Source of the DNA: an uncultured bacterium
GTDB taxonomy: Bacteria > Chloroflexota > UBA5177 > JANWHV01
Assembly (NCBI GenBank): GCA_963827235.1
Contig: CAWHAE010000012.1
Coordinates: forward strand, 1,184,001 to 1,248,000
Length of the DNA: 64,000 nt
Direction of reading: 5' to 3'
The notes below the pieces were generated by a model. It made no database searches. It was not told the DNA's origin and saw only the letters and a list, made by a program, of their open reading frames with translations. How positions within the stretch are numbered: position 1 is the first letter of the stretch; each line of letters opens with the position of its first letter. Below, piece after piece: positions 19,097 to 28,650 of the stretch. The translations under genes were made by a program, and so were the position numbers.

Positions 19097-19174
19097 AGCA
19101 TACCAGCAGCCCGCACCAATAGCCAGAGTCTATTGAGTCTATATCTTGACACGTTGTGTGCACCCGCCCATACT
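19097..19174. promoter_or_regulatory. Divergent promoter pair with CAATAG-N7-CTATTG palindrome (module B1 / desaturase)
   Basis: Plus strand: TTGACA(19146)-17-CATACT(19169). Minus strand: TGGCTA-17-TATGCT. Palindrome at 19117-19135. 34 of 36 nt match 13249-13284. Confidence 0.7.
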
Positions 19175-19307
19175 GCAGACGCACTCCTCTCCACGCTCGC
19201 CGGTCGTGCCGACGTGAAGCAGGGTCAGGCACCGACATGCAGCGCCAGCCCGGACCGCGTCCCGGCGCGACGCGTACACGTGCGGCACGAACGCTGGAGG
19301 ATCCAGG

Positions 19308-20267
19308 ATGAATACGCTGTTCTCGAGACATGATGCATATCGTATAGATCACCTGATCACGCTCGCGGGCGTGGTCGCACCGTTTGTCGCCCTTCTCTAC
19401 GCCATCCATCAGCTCTGGGATCGTGCGGTAACCGGCCAGGACCTCGTCCTCTGCGCCGTACTGTACGCGCTGACGGGGATGGGCATCACGATTGGATTTC
19501 ACCGCCTGGCGACGCATCGCAGCTTCGTTGCCGCGGTGCCGCTACGCGCCTTGCTGCTCGCATTGGGCTCGATGGCGGTAGAAGGCCCGGTGATCTACTG
19601 GGTATCGACGCATCTGGAGCACCACGCCAAGAGCGATCGCGAAGGCGATCCGCACAGTCCGCGGGACGGCTTCTGGCACGCTCACCTGGGCTGGATGTTC
19701 GGCGCTTTCTCCGCGTCACCCTCGACCTATGGCCGCCATCTGCTGCACGATCGGCTCGTACAGTTCATGTCGCGCACGTTCGTCGGCTGGGTCGTTCTGA
19801 GCTTCGCCGTGCCTGGGCTGCTGGACGGCTGGCTCTCGCGCGGCAGTGCCGGCGGCTTCGGCACGGGATTCTGGCATGGCATACTCTGGGGAGCATTGGT
19901 TCGCATGTGTCTGACCCATCACGTGACCTGGAGCGTGAACTCCATTTGCCACACCTTCGGCCGTCGTCCCTTCGCCGCGACGCGGGATCGCAGTCGCAAC
20001 AACTGGGTCGTGGGACTGCTGGCCTTTGGCGAGGGCTGGCACAACAACCACCATGCATTTCCTTCTGCCGCCTACCACGGCTTCGCCTGGTGGCAATTCG
20101 ACATGTCGGCATATCTGATTCGACTGTTCAAGGTCGCCGGATTGGCCACGAAGGTGCAGATGCCGACTGCTGAAGCCGTGACACGAGAGCGCGCTCGAAC
20201 CAGACCCGCCGACGCGGCGGTTGTCGCCGGGGCCGGCTGGGAGTCTACCGTACGCCGGGCGAGGTAG
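19308..20267 (+). CDS. Delta-9-type acyl-CoA/acyl-lipid fatty acid desaturase
   Basis: His boxes GFHRLATH, HLEHH and GEGWHNNHH, plus DPHSP and TWSVNSICH. GGAGG RBS. Confidence 0.95.
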   Translation: MNTLFSRHDAYRIDHLITLAGVVAPFVALLYAIHQLWDRAVTGQDLVLCAVLYALTGMGITIGFHRLATHRSFVAAVPLRALLLALGSMAVEGPVIYWVSTHLEHHAKSDREGDPHSPRDGFWHAHLGWMFGAFSASPSTYGRHLLHDRLVQFMSRTFVGWVVLSFAVPGLLDGWLSRGSAGGFGTGFWHGILWGALVRMCLTHHVTWSVNSICHTFGRRPFAATRDRSRNNWVVGLLAFGEGWHNNHHAFPSAAYHGFAWWQFDMSAYLIRLFKVAGLATKVQMPTAEAVTRERARTRPADAAVVAGAGWESTVRRAR

Positions 20268-20306
20268 CACAACCGTTGCGCGAAACCGCAGGCGAGTGGG
20301 ACGCGA

Positions 20307-20335
20307 TTGACGGCATATCCAGGCCGGCGTAGGAT
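20307..20335 (+). promoter_or_regulatory. sigma70-type promoter with no long ORF downstream
   Basis: TTGACG-17-TAGGAT. Confidence 0.45.
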
Positions 20336-20698
20336 GATTGTAGCGCGAGGAACAATTGGTAGCTGACAGCTCCCCATCCTCTGCCTAGAACGGAGACTTC
20401 CCATGTACGTAATGAGGAAGCCGAACGTGTTCTTTGGAGTGCTTCAAGTTGACTGATGTCGGCCCCACGATCCGGCTCCGCGAGCATGACGCGAGCCTCG
20501 AGGATTGTTGGGCTGTAACCCGGGTATGGCCAATTGCGGGCCGACCGCCGATTGACCGCCAGCGCATAGCTCAGGCTTCAACGGGCCTTGGGGCTTGCCG
20601 TGGCAAAGTCAGCGAGCTTATCGCATCGGTGCTCTTGGCTTGACGTGCCTTTTGTCGGGTGCGGGAGCACAGATCTTACCGCGCCGAAGGTAGATGTG

Positions 20699-20738
20699 GT
20701 GGGGAGGGGTTGCGCGTGCAGCCCCTCCCCACTTGTTT
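20699..20738 (+). terminator. Intrinsic terminator-like hairpin
   Basis: gtggggaggggttgc-gcgt-gcagcccctccccac followed by ttgttt. Confidence 0.6.
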
Positions 20739-20790
20739 GTGGCAGCTGCGCGCAAGACAACCGCATGCGTGCAGTGGTCCGGCAGTGCCG

Positions 20791-21147
20791 CTACGGCCTG
20801 CCGTCCACCACGAGCCGGATACGGCGCAACGTGCGCTCCGCCTGCGCAAGGCTGGTCGGAGTGTTGTCGCGCAGCTCCGAAATGGCCATGATCATCAGGC
20901 TGAGCGCGCGATCCTCGTGCCGCTCCAGGCCTTTGGATTCCAGTGTCAGTGCCCGTGCATAGTGGCGATCCAGCTCGGCCATAGACAGCGAAGCAGGCCT
21001 CTCCGCCCCGTGCATCGCGCGCACGTAGCCGAGGCAGGCGGCCAGGTCGGGCCGCGTTATCGCTGGACACGCTGATAGACGCGTCTGGGCCAGATCGAGA
21101 AGCCGACCCACATCCGCGACGGGTACCGGTGCCGAGATCTCTGACAT
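20791..21147 (-). CDS. Hypothetical helical protein (118 aa)
   Basis: MSEISAPVPVADVGRLLDLAQTRL... follows AGGA. Protein-like composition. No family recognised. Confidence 0.4.
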   Translation of the reverse strand: MSEISAPVPVADVGRLLDLAQTRLSACPAITRPDLAACLGYVRAMHGAERPASLSMAELDRHYARALTLESKGLERHEDRALSLMIMAISELRDNTPTSLAQAERTLRRIRLVVDGRP

Positions 21148-21790
21148 CTTTACATTCCTATCGCATACTTGCGGCTGACGTACTGCAATGATGGTTCGCA
21201 CGAATGCCAGCGCGGCGCTCGACGCAGCGGCAGGCTCGTCAGCTGCGTTGTCATCTTCGCGCGGGTCCACTGCCGGGAACCGACCCGACGGAGAGTGCGG
21301 CGGCGTCTGCCAGGGCGGTCTCCAGCCCCACAGCCCGTTTCCTTTATCGTTGGCGAGCACAGCGCGAGCAGGTGAGCTCGTGCAGCGCATCGAGGATGGC
21401 AGCGCGATCCAGCGGTAGGGACCGGCTCGTCCACGTGGTCGAGTATAGCACGAAAAGACTCTTACCATATGCCGACGGTCGCGCCGCTCTTGCGCTGTAA
21501 CTGTGAAGGAATTAAGAGAAATTTCTCAGCTATAGCGCTCCGGTTGGCCGGCTCAGTGCCCATATCAGTCGTACCGAGCGCGACACCAATACCCAGATCA
21601 AGATGGAACCCGCTGCCAAGAGCTGCCACGGCTCGATTCTGGTGCGCGGATATCGCCACCTGCGCCCGGGGCTAGAACGGCTCCGTCGGACAAGCCTGAA
21701 GGCGGTCAGCCGGTGCCGGCGTGTCGTGGGCGGGCTGCAGCCAATAGATTGGCGCCCAGCCGGACTCGTCGCTCGTGACTCTTTTGCCGG

Positions 21791-24700
21791 TCAGGCTGCA
21801 CCGGGGCAGGTCTTGTGATAGGGGCGATCGCCAAGGTACTGCGCCCATTCCTGGGCCGTGAGATTGCGGTCGGCGACCTCGCACGCGCGTGCCGGCCAGG
21901 AGGCGAGGTCCACGTCCCACTCGTGTATGTTCCCGCTGCCGTCGCCGGCGGCGAGCAGCTTGCCGTTTGGGCTGAAAGCCGCGGCAGTCACCCACTGCGA
22001 CAGCCCGGGCAAGGGAGGCCCTAAGGGCTGGCGCGTCGCGACATCCCACAGCTGCACGGTGGTCTCACCGCCTCCTGTCGCCAGAAGCGTGCCGTCGGGG
22101 CTGAAGGCCACCGCGCTGACAAAACTCGTCAGCTGCAGCGGGGCTCCGTCCGCGCAGGCGCAGGACACCTTCCACAGCCGCACCGTGTAGTCGTCGCCTC
22201 CCGTGGCCAGCAACCTCCCGTCCGGGCTGAAGGCGACGCTATTCACGGCGCCGATGTGTCCGGTCAGCGGCCTGCCGTACGGGCGTCGGTGCACGACATC
22301 CCACAGCCTGACCGTCCCGTCCGACCAGACCGAGGCCAGCGTCTTGCCGTCCGGACTGAAGGCAAGATCCCGCAGCTCACCTTGCCGGTTCTCGATCACC
22401 GGCCGCAGCAGCTTGCCGAGCCGCAGATCCCACAACTCCACCTGGGTGCGGTCGTAGTAGCCTACTGCCGCGATGGAGGCGTCCGGGCTGAGAGCCATCC
22501 GCATCACGGAGTCCGCGGTGGCCGTCAGCGTCGTGCGCAGCGCCTTGACCTGGGTGCCGCGACGCACGTCGTACACCGTGATGAAACCTTCGCCGACCAC
22601 GTCGCCCGCCGTGATCAGCGTCTTGCCGTCGCGGGAAAACGCGCCCGCCGATCCCCACAGCAGGTACGCGCCAGGCCACGTGCCGGACTCCCACGTCGCG
22701 GTGTTCCAGATCTGCGCAGTGCCCGCCCAGCCGCCGGACACCAGCAATCGCCCGTCGGGGCTAAACGTCAGGGATCCGACAATTTCTTGGTCGGGGTCGG
22801 TGAGCAAGGCGGGGCCCGCGAGCGCGGTGGCCACATCCCATGCCGCTATCGTGCCATTGCCGTCCGCGGCGAACAGGGCGGTGTCCTTGGCGCCGAACGC
22901 CAGGACGTTGGGAGCGCCGGTGTGGCTGTCCAGCGGCGTCGCGAGCAGGCGCCGGCCCTTCATATCCCACAGCTCGATGCTGCCACCCATGTCCCCCGAT
23001 GCCAGCAGCGTGCCATCTTGGCTGAAGGCCAGGGCGATCACGGTTTTGGCATGGCCTGTGAGCGCGGTGCCGATCTCGTTTCCGCTCTGGACATCCCAGA
23101 GCCGGATCGTCATGTCCCCGCCACCCGAGGCAAGCATCTTGCCGTCGGGGCTGAAAGCCAGGCTGCCCACGTCATCCACATGGCCCAGCAGGGTCCTCCG
23201 GACCGGCGAGCCCTCCACACTCCAGAGCTGCACGGGGCCGGTATACTCGCCCGCGGCCAGGGTCTTGCCGTCGGGCGCAAAAGCCATGGAGTTCACTTGC
23301 TGTGAGGTTGCGAGCGTGGCCGCGAGCTTCTTCCGCGGCATGTCCCACAGATACACGGCGTTGCCATAGGCGAATGCCGCGGTCTTGCCGTCGGGGCTTA
23401 CGGCGGCGCAATCCACGTGTGTGTAGCCGGGGGAGGGCTCGACGGCGGACAGTGAGAAGACCGGACCGGCCGGCCGCCGCCGCGCGATGTCCCACACCTC
23501 CACGCTCCGCTGATCGTAGCTGGTAGCTGCTATCGTCTTGCCGCCGGCGCCGAACGAGAGGTTATACAGGCCGTGGAGGTGGCTGATCAGCGGTGGCCCT
23601 ACACTGCGGTGGTGCGCCACGTCCCAGAGGTAGATGGCGCTCCCGGGCATTGACGTGGCCCAGGCCAGCGTCCTGCCGTCAGGGCTCACTGCAAGCGCCC
23701 ACGATGTCATGCCCCGGGTTGGCAGGAACGACGTCAGCGCGGCAGGCCGCGCCTCCAGTGTCTGGAGCAGGCCGCCGCGGGCTTCGACGGTGTCGGCCGT
23801 GCGCCGTGCCTCCAGACTGAGCAGCAGCGCCAGGTCATACTGATCCGTCAGGTGGGTGATGGCTTGCGCCGCCAGCTGGCGGGAGAGCGCCGTGGCCTCG
23901 GCGGCAACGGCGTGTGTCCGCTCCGTGCGGGCAGTGGACGCGCTGTGGAGCGCCGCCAGGCTCAGCCCGGCAGCCATCACCAGGAAGATCGCCAGCAGGC
24001 CGACCAGGGCTCGGAGGCGCAGCGCCGCCTGCCGGGCCGTGGCCAGCTCCCGCGCCTGCCGCTCGCGGTCCGCGGCCTCCTGCCGCTGCTCTTCCGCCGC
24101 GCCCGCCTCCAGGAACGCCATTTCCCGCCTGCTCGGCGCGTTCCGCTGCGCCCAGCCGATCGCCTCGGACAGCAACGTCGCCCGGTACAGGCTGTCCGCC
24201 GGTCGCCCCCGCCGCTCCCACTCCGCCGCCGCCGCGCTGATGCCCTGCTGCAGCCGGATATCCTCCCGGGCCTCGTGCAGCCACTCCGCCAACCGGGGCC
24301 ACTCCCGGATCAGCGCCTCGTGGCTCACCTCGATCATGCTCGTGTCGCCGCTCTCGCTGCTGGTCAGCAGGCGCGCCTGGATAAACGCTTCGCTCACCTG
24401 GGCCAGCAGCGCCGTCCGCTCGGGGTCCGGCAGGCGCAGCTCGTCCAGCGCCGCCCGCCGCCGCGTCGTCTCTTGCTCCGTCGGGCCGGGGTCGATCAGG
24501 CGCAGAAAGAGGCCGCGTGCCAGCCGCCGGTGCTCCGGCGCCGGCAGCGCGGCATAGGTGGCCTCGGCCTGCCGGGCCAGGGCTCCTCGCACCCCACCAA
24601 GCTCCTGGTACGCCGCCAGCGTCAGCGTGCACCCGCTCCGGCGCGCGAAGAGCTGGTCCAGGGTGAATTGGAGCAGCGGCAGGGCGCCGGCCTGCCCCCG

Positions 24701-26210
24701 CACCTCGAAGAGCAGATCGCCGACCAGGTTCTCCTCGAACGTGAGCCCGACGTCGGGCAGCAGCGCCGGCTGCTCGATGGCCTCCCGCAGCTCGTGCTGT
24801 GCCATGGGCAGCACGACCGTGTGCTGCGCGTCGAGCAGATTGCCCAGGGCCGGATAGTGCAGCGGCCGGTCGTAGAAGTCGGCACGCAGCGTCAGCAGGA
24901 CCAGCAGCGCTCCCCGCGGCTCGGTGGCGGCGGTGACGAGCAGGTCGATGAAGGCACGCCGCTCCGCCTCGTCCGCCGTCAGCGTGAACAGCTCCTCGAA
25001 TTGATCGACCACCAGTACGACGCGGCTACCCGGCCCCGGCATCAGGCGAGCGGCCAGCAGATGCAGGCCCCGCTCCGAGTCCTCCAGATCAGTGCGCAGG
25101 GTGGCGAGCAGCTGCTGGGCAGCGCGCGCTCAGCGCCACGGTCAGCGCTTCCAGCGGATGTGTCCCCGGCACCAGCGGCTCCAGGTACGTCCACTGCTCG
25201 CTGCCCGGCACGGCGCCCCGCTGCAGTCGGGGCAGCAGGCCGGCGAGCACCACGCTGGACTTCCCGGATCCGCTCGGCCCCACCACCGCCAGCAGCCGTC
25301 GCTCGGCCCGGATACCGGCCGAAAGGCCCGCCAGCAGCTCGGCCACCAAGCTCTCCCGCCCGAAGAAGTCGCCGGCGTCCGCGCGCTGAAAGGCCCGCAG
25401 GCCCTTGTACGGGTTGCGGGGCGCCGCGTCCGGTGAGACGTCGCCGGCAGCGTGCTCCGCGGGCACCGATTCGCCGGCGCGCTGAAGTGCCACGGCGATA
25501 TCCTGCAGCGCGGTGCCATAGCGGCTGCCGCGGGCGTCCACGTACTGCATGCCGCCCCAGCCGAGGGCGACGCACTCCATCCACTGCTCGCCCGCTGCCC
25601 AGATTGGGTACACGGGGCGCCGGTACATCTCGGCGACCCGCAGCTCGTCGGCGACGTAGCGCGAGGCGCGCGAGCTCGGCGAGGCGACCAGCAAGACGGC
25701 GCGCGCGGCGCGGATGGCGTCGCGCAGCGTCTGCTCCCAGTCCGGCGTGCCCGGCTGCAGTCCCAGGTCGTCGTTCCAGGTCACCACGCCCAGCCCGTGC
25801 AGATCGCCCGCCAGCCGCGTGACCAGGGCACGATCGGCGCGGGCATAGGAGACGTAGACGAAGGGCTGGCCAGGCAGGGCGACGGCAAACGTGCCTCTCG
25901 CCTGGTGCTCGAAGCCGTCGAGCGGCGCATGGCCATCGGGAAGCGCGTCCGGCGGTCCCCGGCGGCGAGAGACGGTGGCCTCCAGCGCTGCAGCTTCCCG
26001 CTCCGAGAGTCCCAGCGCGGCAACCAGGAGCGCCACGGTATCCCGATAGGGCGCCTGGCGCGAGCCGCGCTCATAGGCACTGATCGCCCCCGGTGAGAGC
26101 CGGGCGCGCTCCGCCAGCGCCTCTTGCGAGAGCCCTGCCGCCACACGGTAGTGCTTCAGCAGCGCCCCGAAGCTCAGCTGTTCGGGACTTGGCGGTCCGT
26201 CATGCGCCAT
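21791..26210 (-). CDS. XRE-HTH + TIR + nSTAND1 NTPase + TM + WD40 protein, frameshifted at about 25105-25130
   Basis: HTH: FGALLKHYRVAAGLSQEALAERARLS. TIR: VYVSYARAD...SRYVADEL. NTPase: NPYKGLRAF...FFGRE, Walker A GPSGSGKSS, Walker B VVDQFEELF, LPLLQFTL, SHEALIREW. TM: LVGLLAIFLVMAAGLSLAAL. Many FSPDG/LWD repeats. Reading through the shift gives LATLRTDLEDSERGLHLLAARLMPG. Confidence 0.9.
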
Positions 26211-26424
26211 CGCCGGTGCCGATCCGGGCAGAGCGCGTCCTGCCCGAGCAGACTGAGATTATGCTCTCCTCGCTTGCCATCATAGCACGCACCGCCAGGG
26301 GCGCGGCCGCAACTGTGTCAGCCAACCGTGTGAGGGGAGCGTATGACGTGTGTCTGGGAGTCCGGCTCACCGCGGCGCATAGTGCTGGCAAGGCAGCAAC
26401 GTACGCAGACGAAAGGAACCGCAG

Positions 26425-27213
26425 ATGTATCAATCCGTGTTAGGGCAACAGGCGGCTGCACAGTGCAGCGAGCCCTGCTGGAAGGACTTCACGCTCCACA
26501 CCCTCTCCTCGGTCCAGACCGACGCCGGCATTGCTACGGTGGTGCTCGAGCCTCAGGCCAGCCCCACGCACCTTCATGGACACGCGGCAGGCGCATGGCC
26601 GCGGATCCCGGCCTCCACACGCCGGCACCGAGCAGCGCGGTCTCATACAGCTACCGTCGCTGTCGTGCCCGGAAGCTGCAGATCCGTGCTGTGCGCAGGC
26701 CTGCACCTGGCCTGGCGCATCACGGCGCGACTCGCCCTCGCCGCCGGCCTGCTCGCGACCGCCGGCGCCATCTGCATGCTGCACGGTCCAGGCAGCGTCG
26801 CGGCCCGGCCCATGATCGACCCTCTACCGCCCGGCATGGTCAACGGTATCCCGAGCCACCTCGTCGCCGGCACCGGCTACGCGGCCGGCACCATGTATGT
26901 GACCGGGACGGGTCAAGGCGTGCTGACCGGTACACTTGGTGGCGTGTGTACCATCCTCGTCGCCAGGGCGACCCCCGTGCTCGGCGCCACGCGCGTCGCC
27001 GGTGCGGCCACCTGTAGCTGCGTCGTGGCCGGCCACACAGGCACCCTGGCGGTACTGTTCACCGGCACGCGCACACCGGCCACACACACCGTGGAAGGCA
27101 GAGTGAGCATTCTCGGCGGATCGGGCGTCCTGGCAGGCCTGCGCGGCGCGGGAGCCTTCACCTGGCATGGCTCGAACGGCACCTATGCCGTCCAGTTCAC
27201 GTTCTCGCAGTAG
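26425..27213 (+). CDS. Putative membrane-anchored/secreted protein with a DUF3224-like beta-barrel C-terminus
   Basis: GAAAGGA RBS. Hydrophobic stretch LALAAGLLATAGAICML. The C-terminal GRVSILGGSGVLAGLRGAGAF motif resembles DUF3224. Start uncertain. Confidence 0.55.
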   Translation: MYQSVLGQQAAAQCSEPCWKDFTLHTLSSVQTDAGIATVVLEPQASPTHLHGHAAGAWPRIPASTRRHRAARSHTATVAVVPGSCRSVLCAGLHLAWRITARLALAAGLLATAGAICMLHGPGSVAARPMIDPLPPGMVNGIPSHLVAGTGYAAGTMYVTGTGQGVLTGTLGGVCTILVARATPVLGATRVAGAATCSCVVAGHTGTLAVLFTGTRTPATHTVEGRVSILGGSGVLAGLRGAGAFTWHGSNGTYAVQFTFSQ

Positions 27214-27712
27214 GGCGAAACAGATAACGGCGGGACGCCGAGGCACCTCGATGGACTCTCGGTGCCGCGTGCCAGTGGCAGGAGCTGACACCTATCGCGC
27301 TGCGCGATCAGTCGCAGACCGCGCCATCCGCGCCCAGGACCGTTATCGGGAAGAAGAACACCGAAGGTGTATGCCTCAAACATGACGCCGCTGGACGAGC
27401 GCGCGATCCTCGCGCTGATCGAGGAACACCAGGCAGAGATCCGCCGTGCTTTCTTGAGCGACCTGAGGGCAACGTAACGTCGCGCTTCGCGACCCGCATT
27501 GGTGCTGAGCCCCGGGTCTTGCTCGTGGAGATCAATCGGCAGAGACGAGACAGCCAGCGGCGGACAGTCACAAGATGACCGGCGGCCTCGCTCCGGTTCC
27601 CGGTCCTCGTCAAGCTCGGGCCGGCGCGGTGGCGCTACCGTCCCCCTTGCCGGGGTGCCGGCAATAGCCGTGCAGTGTCTTGTGCCCAGCATCCATTTGC
27701 CGGTGGGCCGGC

Positions 27713-28573
27713 TCAGGACCCCGCGATCCGGCGCAACTCCTGAATGCTCTGCCGTACACAGGCGTGCTCGTCATACCGGTACCGTGGATGCAGATGATCG
27801 ATCTCCACGGCCAGCAGACCGGCATAGTCCGCGGCCTTGAGCAGCCGGATGATCGCCGCCACGTCCACCACGCCATCACCCACCGGAACGCTGGAGTAGT
27901 GGAACCAGTCGCTCGGCGTACTCCCTTCGCGCACCACGACATCCTTGATGTGCGTGGCAAACGTGTGCTTCGCCAGCTTCTCCATGGCCCGCACAGGGTC
28001 ATCAAGCACCCGGAGGAAATTGCCTGTATCGAAGGTGATTCCGAAATATGGCGAACCGACTGCCTCCACCAACCACAGCATCTCATCGGACGTGTAGTCG
28101 CCGTGGTTCTCCGCGGCAAGCTTCACGCCGTGGCTCTCCGCGACGCGGACCGCCTCCCCGAACCAGCGTGCCAGAACCTCCAGTCGCGGCCGGCGGGGCG
28201 CCGTGCGAAAGTCGCCCGGACCGGGTCCCGGTGTCACGCGCATGACGCGGGCTCCGATGAGCGCGGCACGCTCGATCTGGGCGAGCATGTCGTCGAACGC
28301 CTCGCGATTCGTGCCGTCCTCCAGGCCGCTCGGGTGGCCCCAGGCGTAGACGCGGTCGAGCCTGAAGGCATCGAGCTTTGCGTTCAGCTCGCGGAACCAG
28401 GACTCCTCCGCGCTGGGAAAGAAACACGACTCCAGCGAAACGCCGTCGACGTCGAGATCCCTGGCAAAGGCTAGGAAATCGTCCATGGTCATCGGGGCAG
28501 CCGGCACCGGCTGCCCGTCGTACACCTCGCCGAAGAATCGATGGAAGCAGTAACTGTCGATGCCGATTCTCAT
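27713..28573 (-). CDS. Sugar phosphate isomerase/epimerase (xylose-isomerase-like TIM barrel)
   Basis: MRIGIDSYCFH start with AAAGGA RBS. Metal-binding motifs LAAENHGD, FDTGN, THIKD and LAVEID. Confidence 0.9.
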   Translation of the reverse strand: MRIGIDSYCFHRFFGEVYDGQPVPAAPMTMDDFLAFARDLDVDGVSLESCFFPSAEESWFRELNAKLDAFRLDRVYAWGHPSGLEDGTNREAFDDMLAQIERAALIGARVMRVTPGPGPGDFRTAPRRPRLEVLARWFGEAVRVAESHGVKLAAENHGDYTSDEMLWLVEAVGSPYFGITFDTGNFLRVLDDPVRAMEKLAKHTFATHIKDVVVREGSTPSDWFHYSSVPVGDGVVDVAAIIRLLKAADYAGLLAVEIDHLHPRYRYDEHACVRQSIQELRRIAGS

Positions 28574-28650
28574 GAGCGTTCCTTTCGCCGGCCATGCTGC
28601 TCGGTGTTCCGGGCGGGCACGCGAATGCCCCGGCCTGTTCCGCCCTGTAT

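Noticed and set aside
19130-19151. HspR HAIR operator (CTTGAGT-N7-ACTCAAG)
   Set aside because: Only a TTGAGT half-site is present, it is not conserved in the other copy (TTGAGG), and there is no second arm.
25089-25140. Programmed ribosomal frameshift in the TIR-STAND gene
   Set aside because: There is no slippery heptamer, and the break falls between Walker A and Walker B. An indel error or mutation is more parsimonious.
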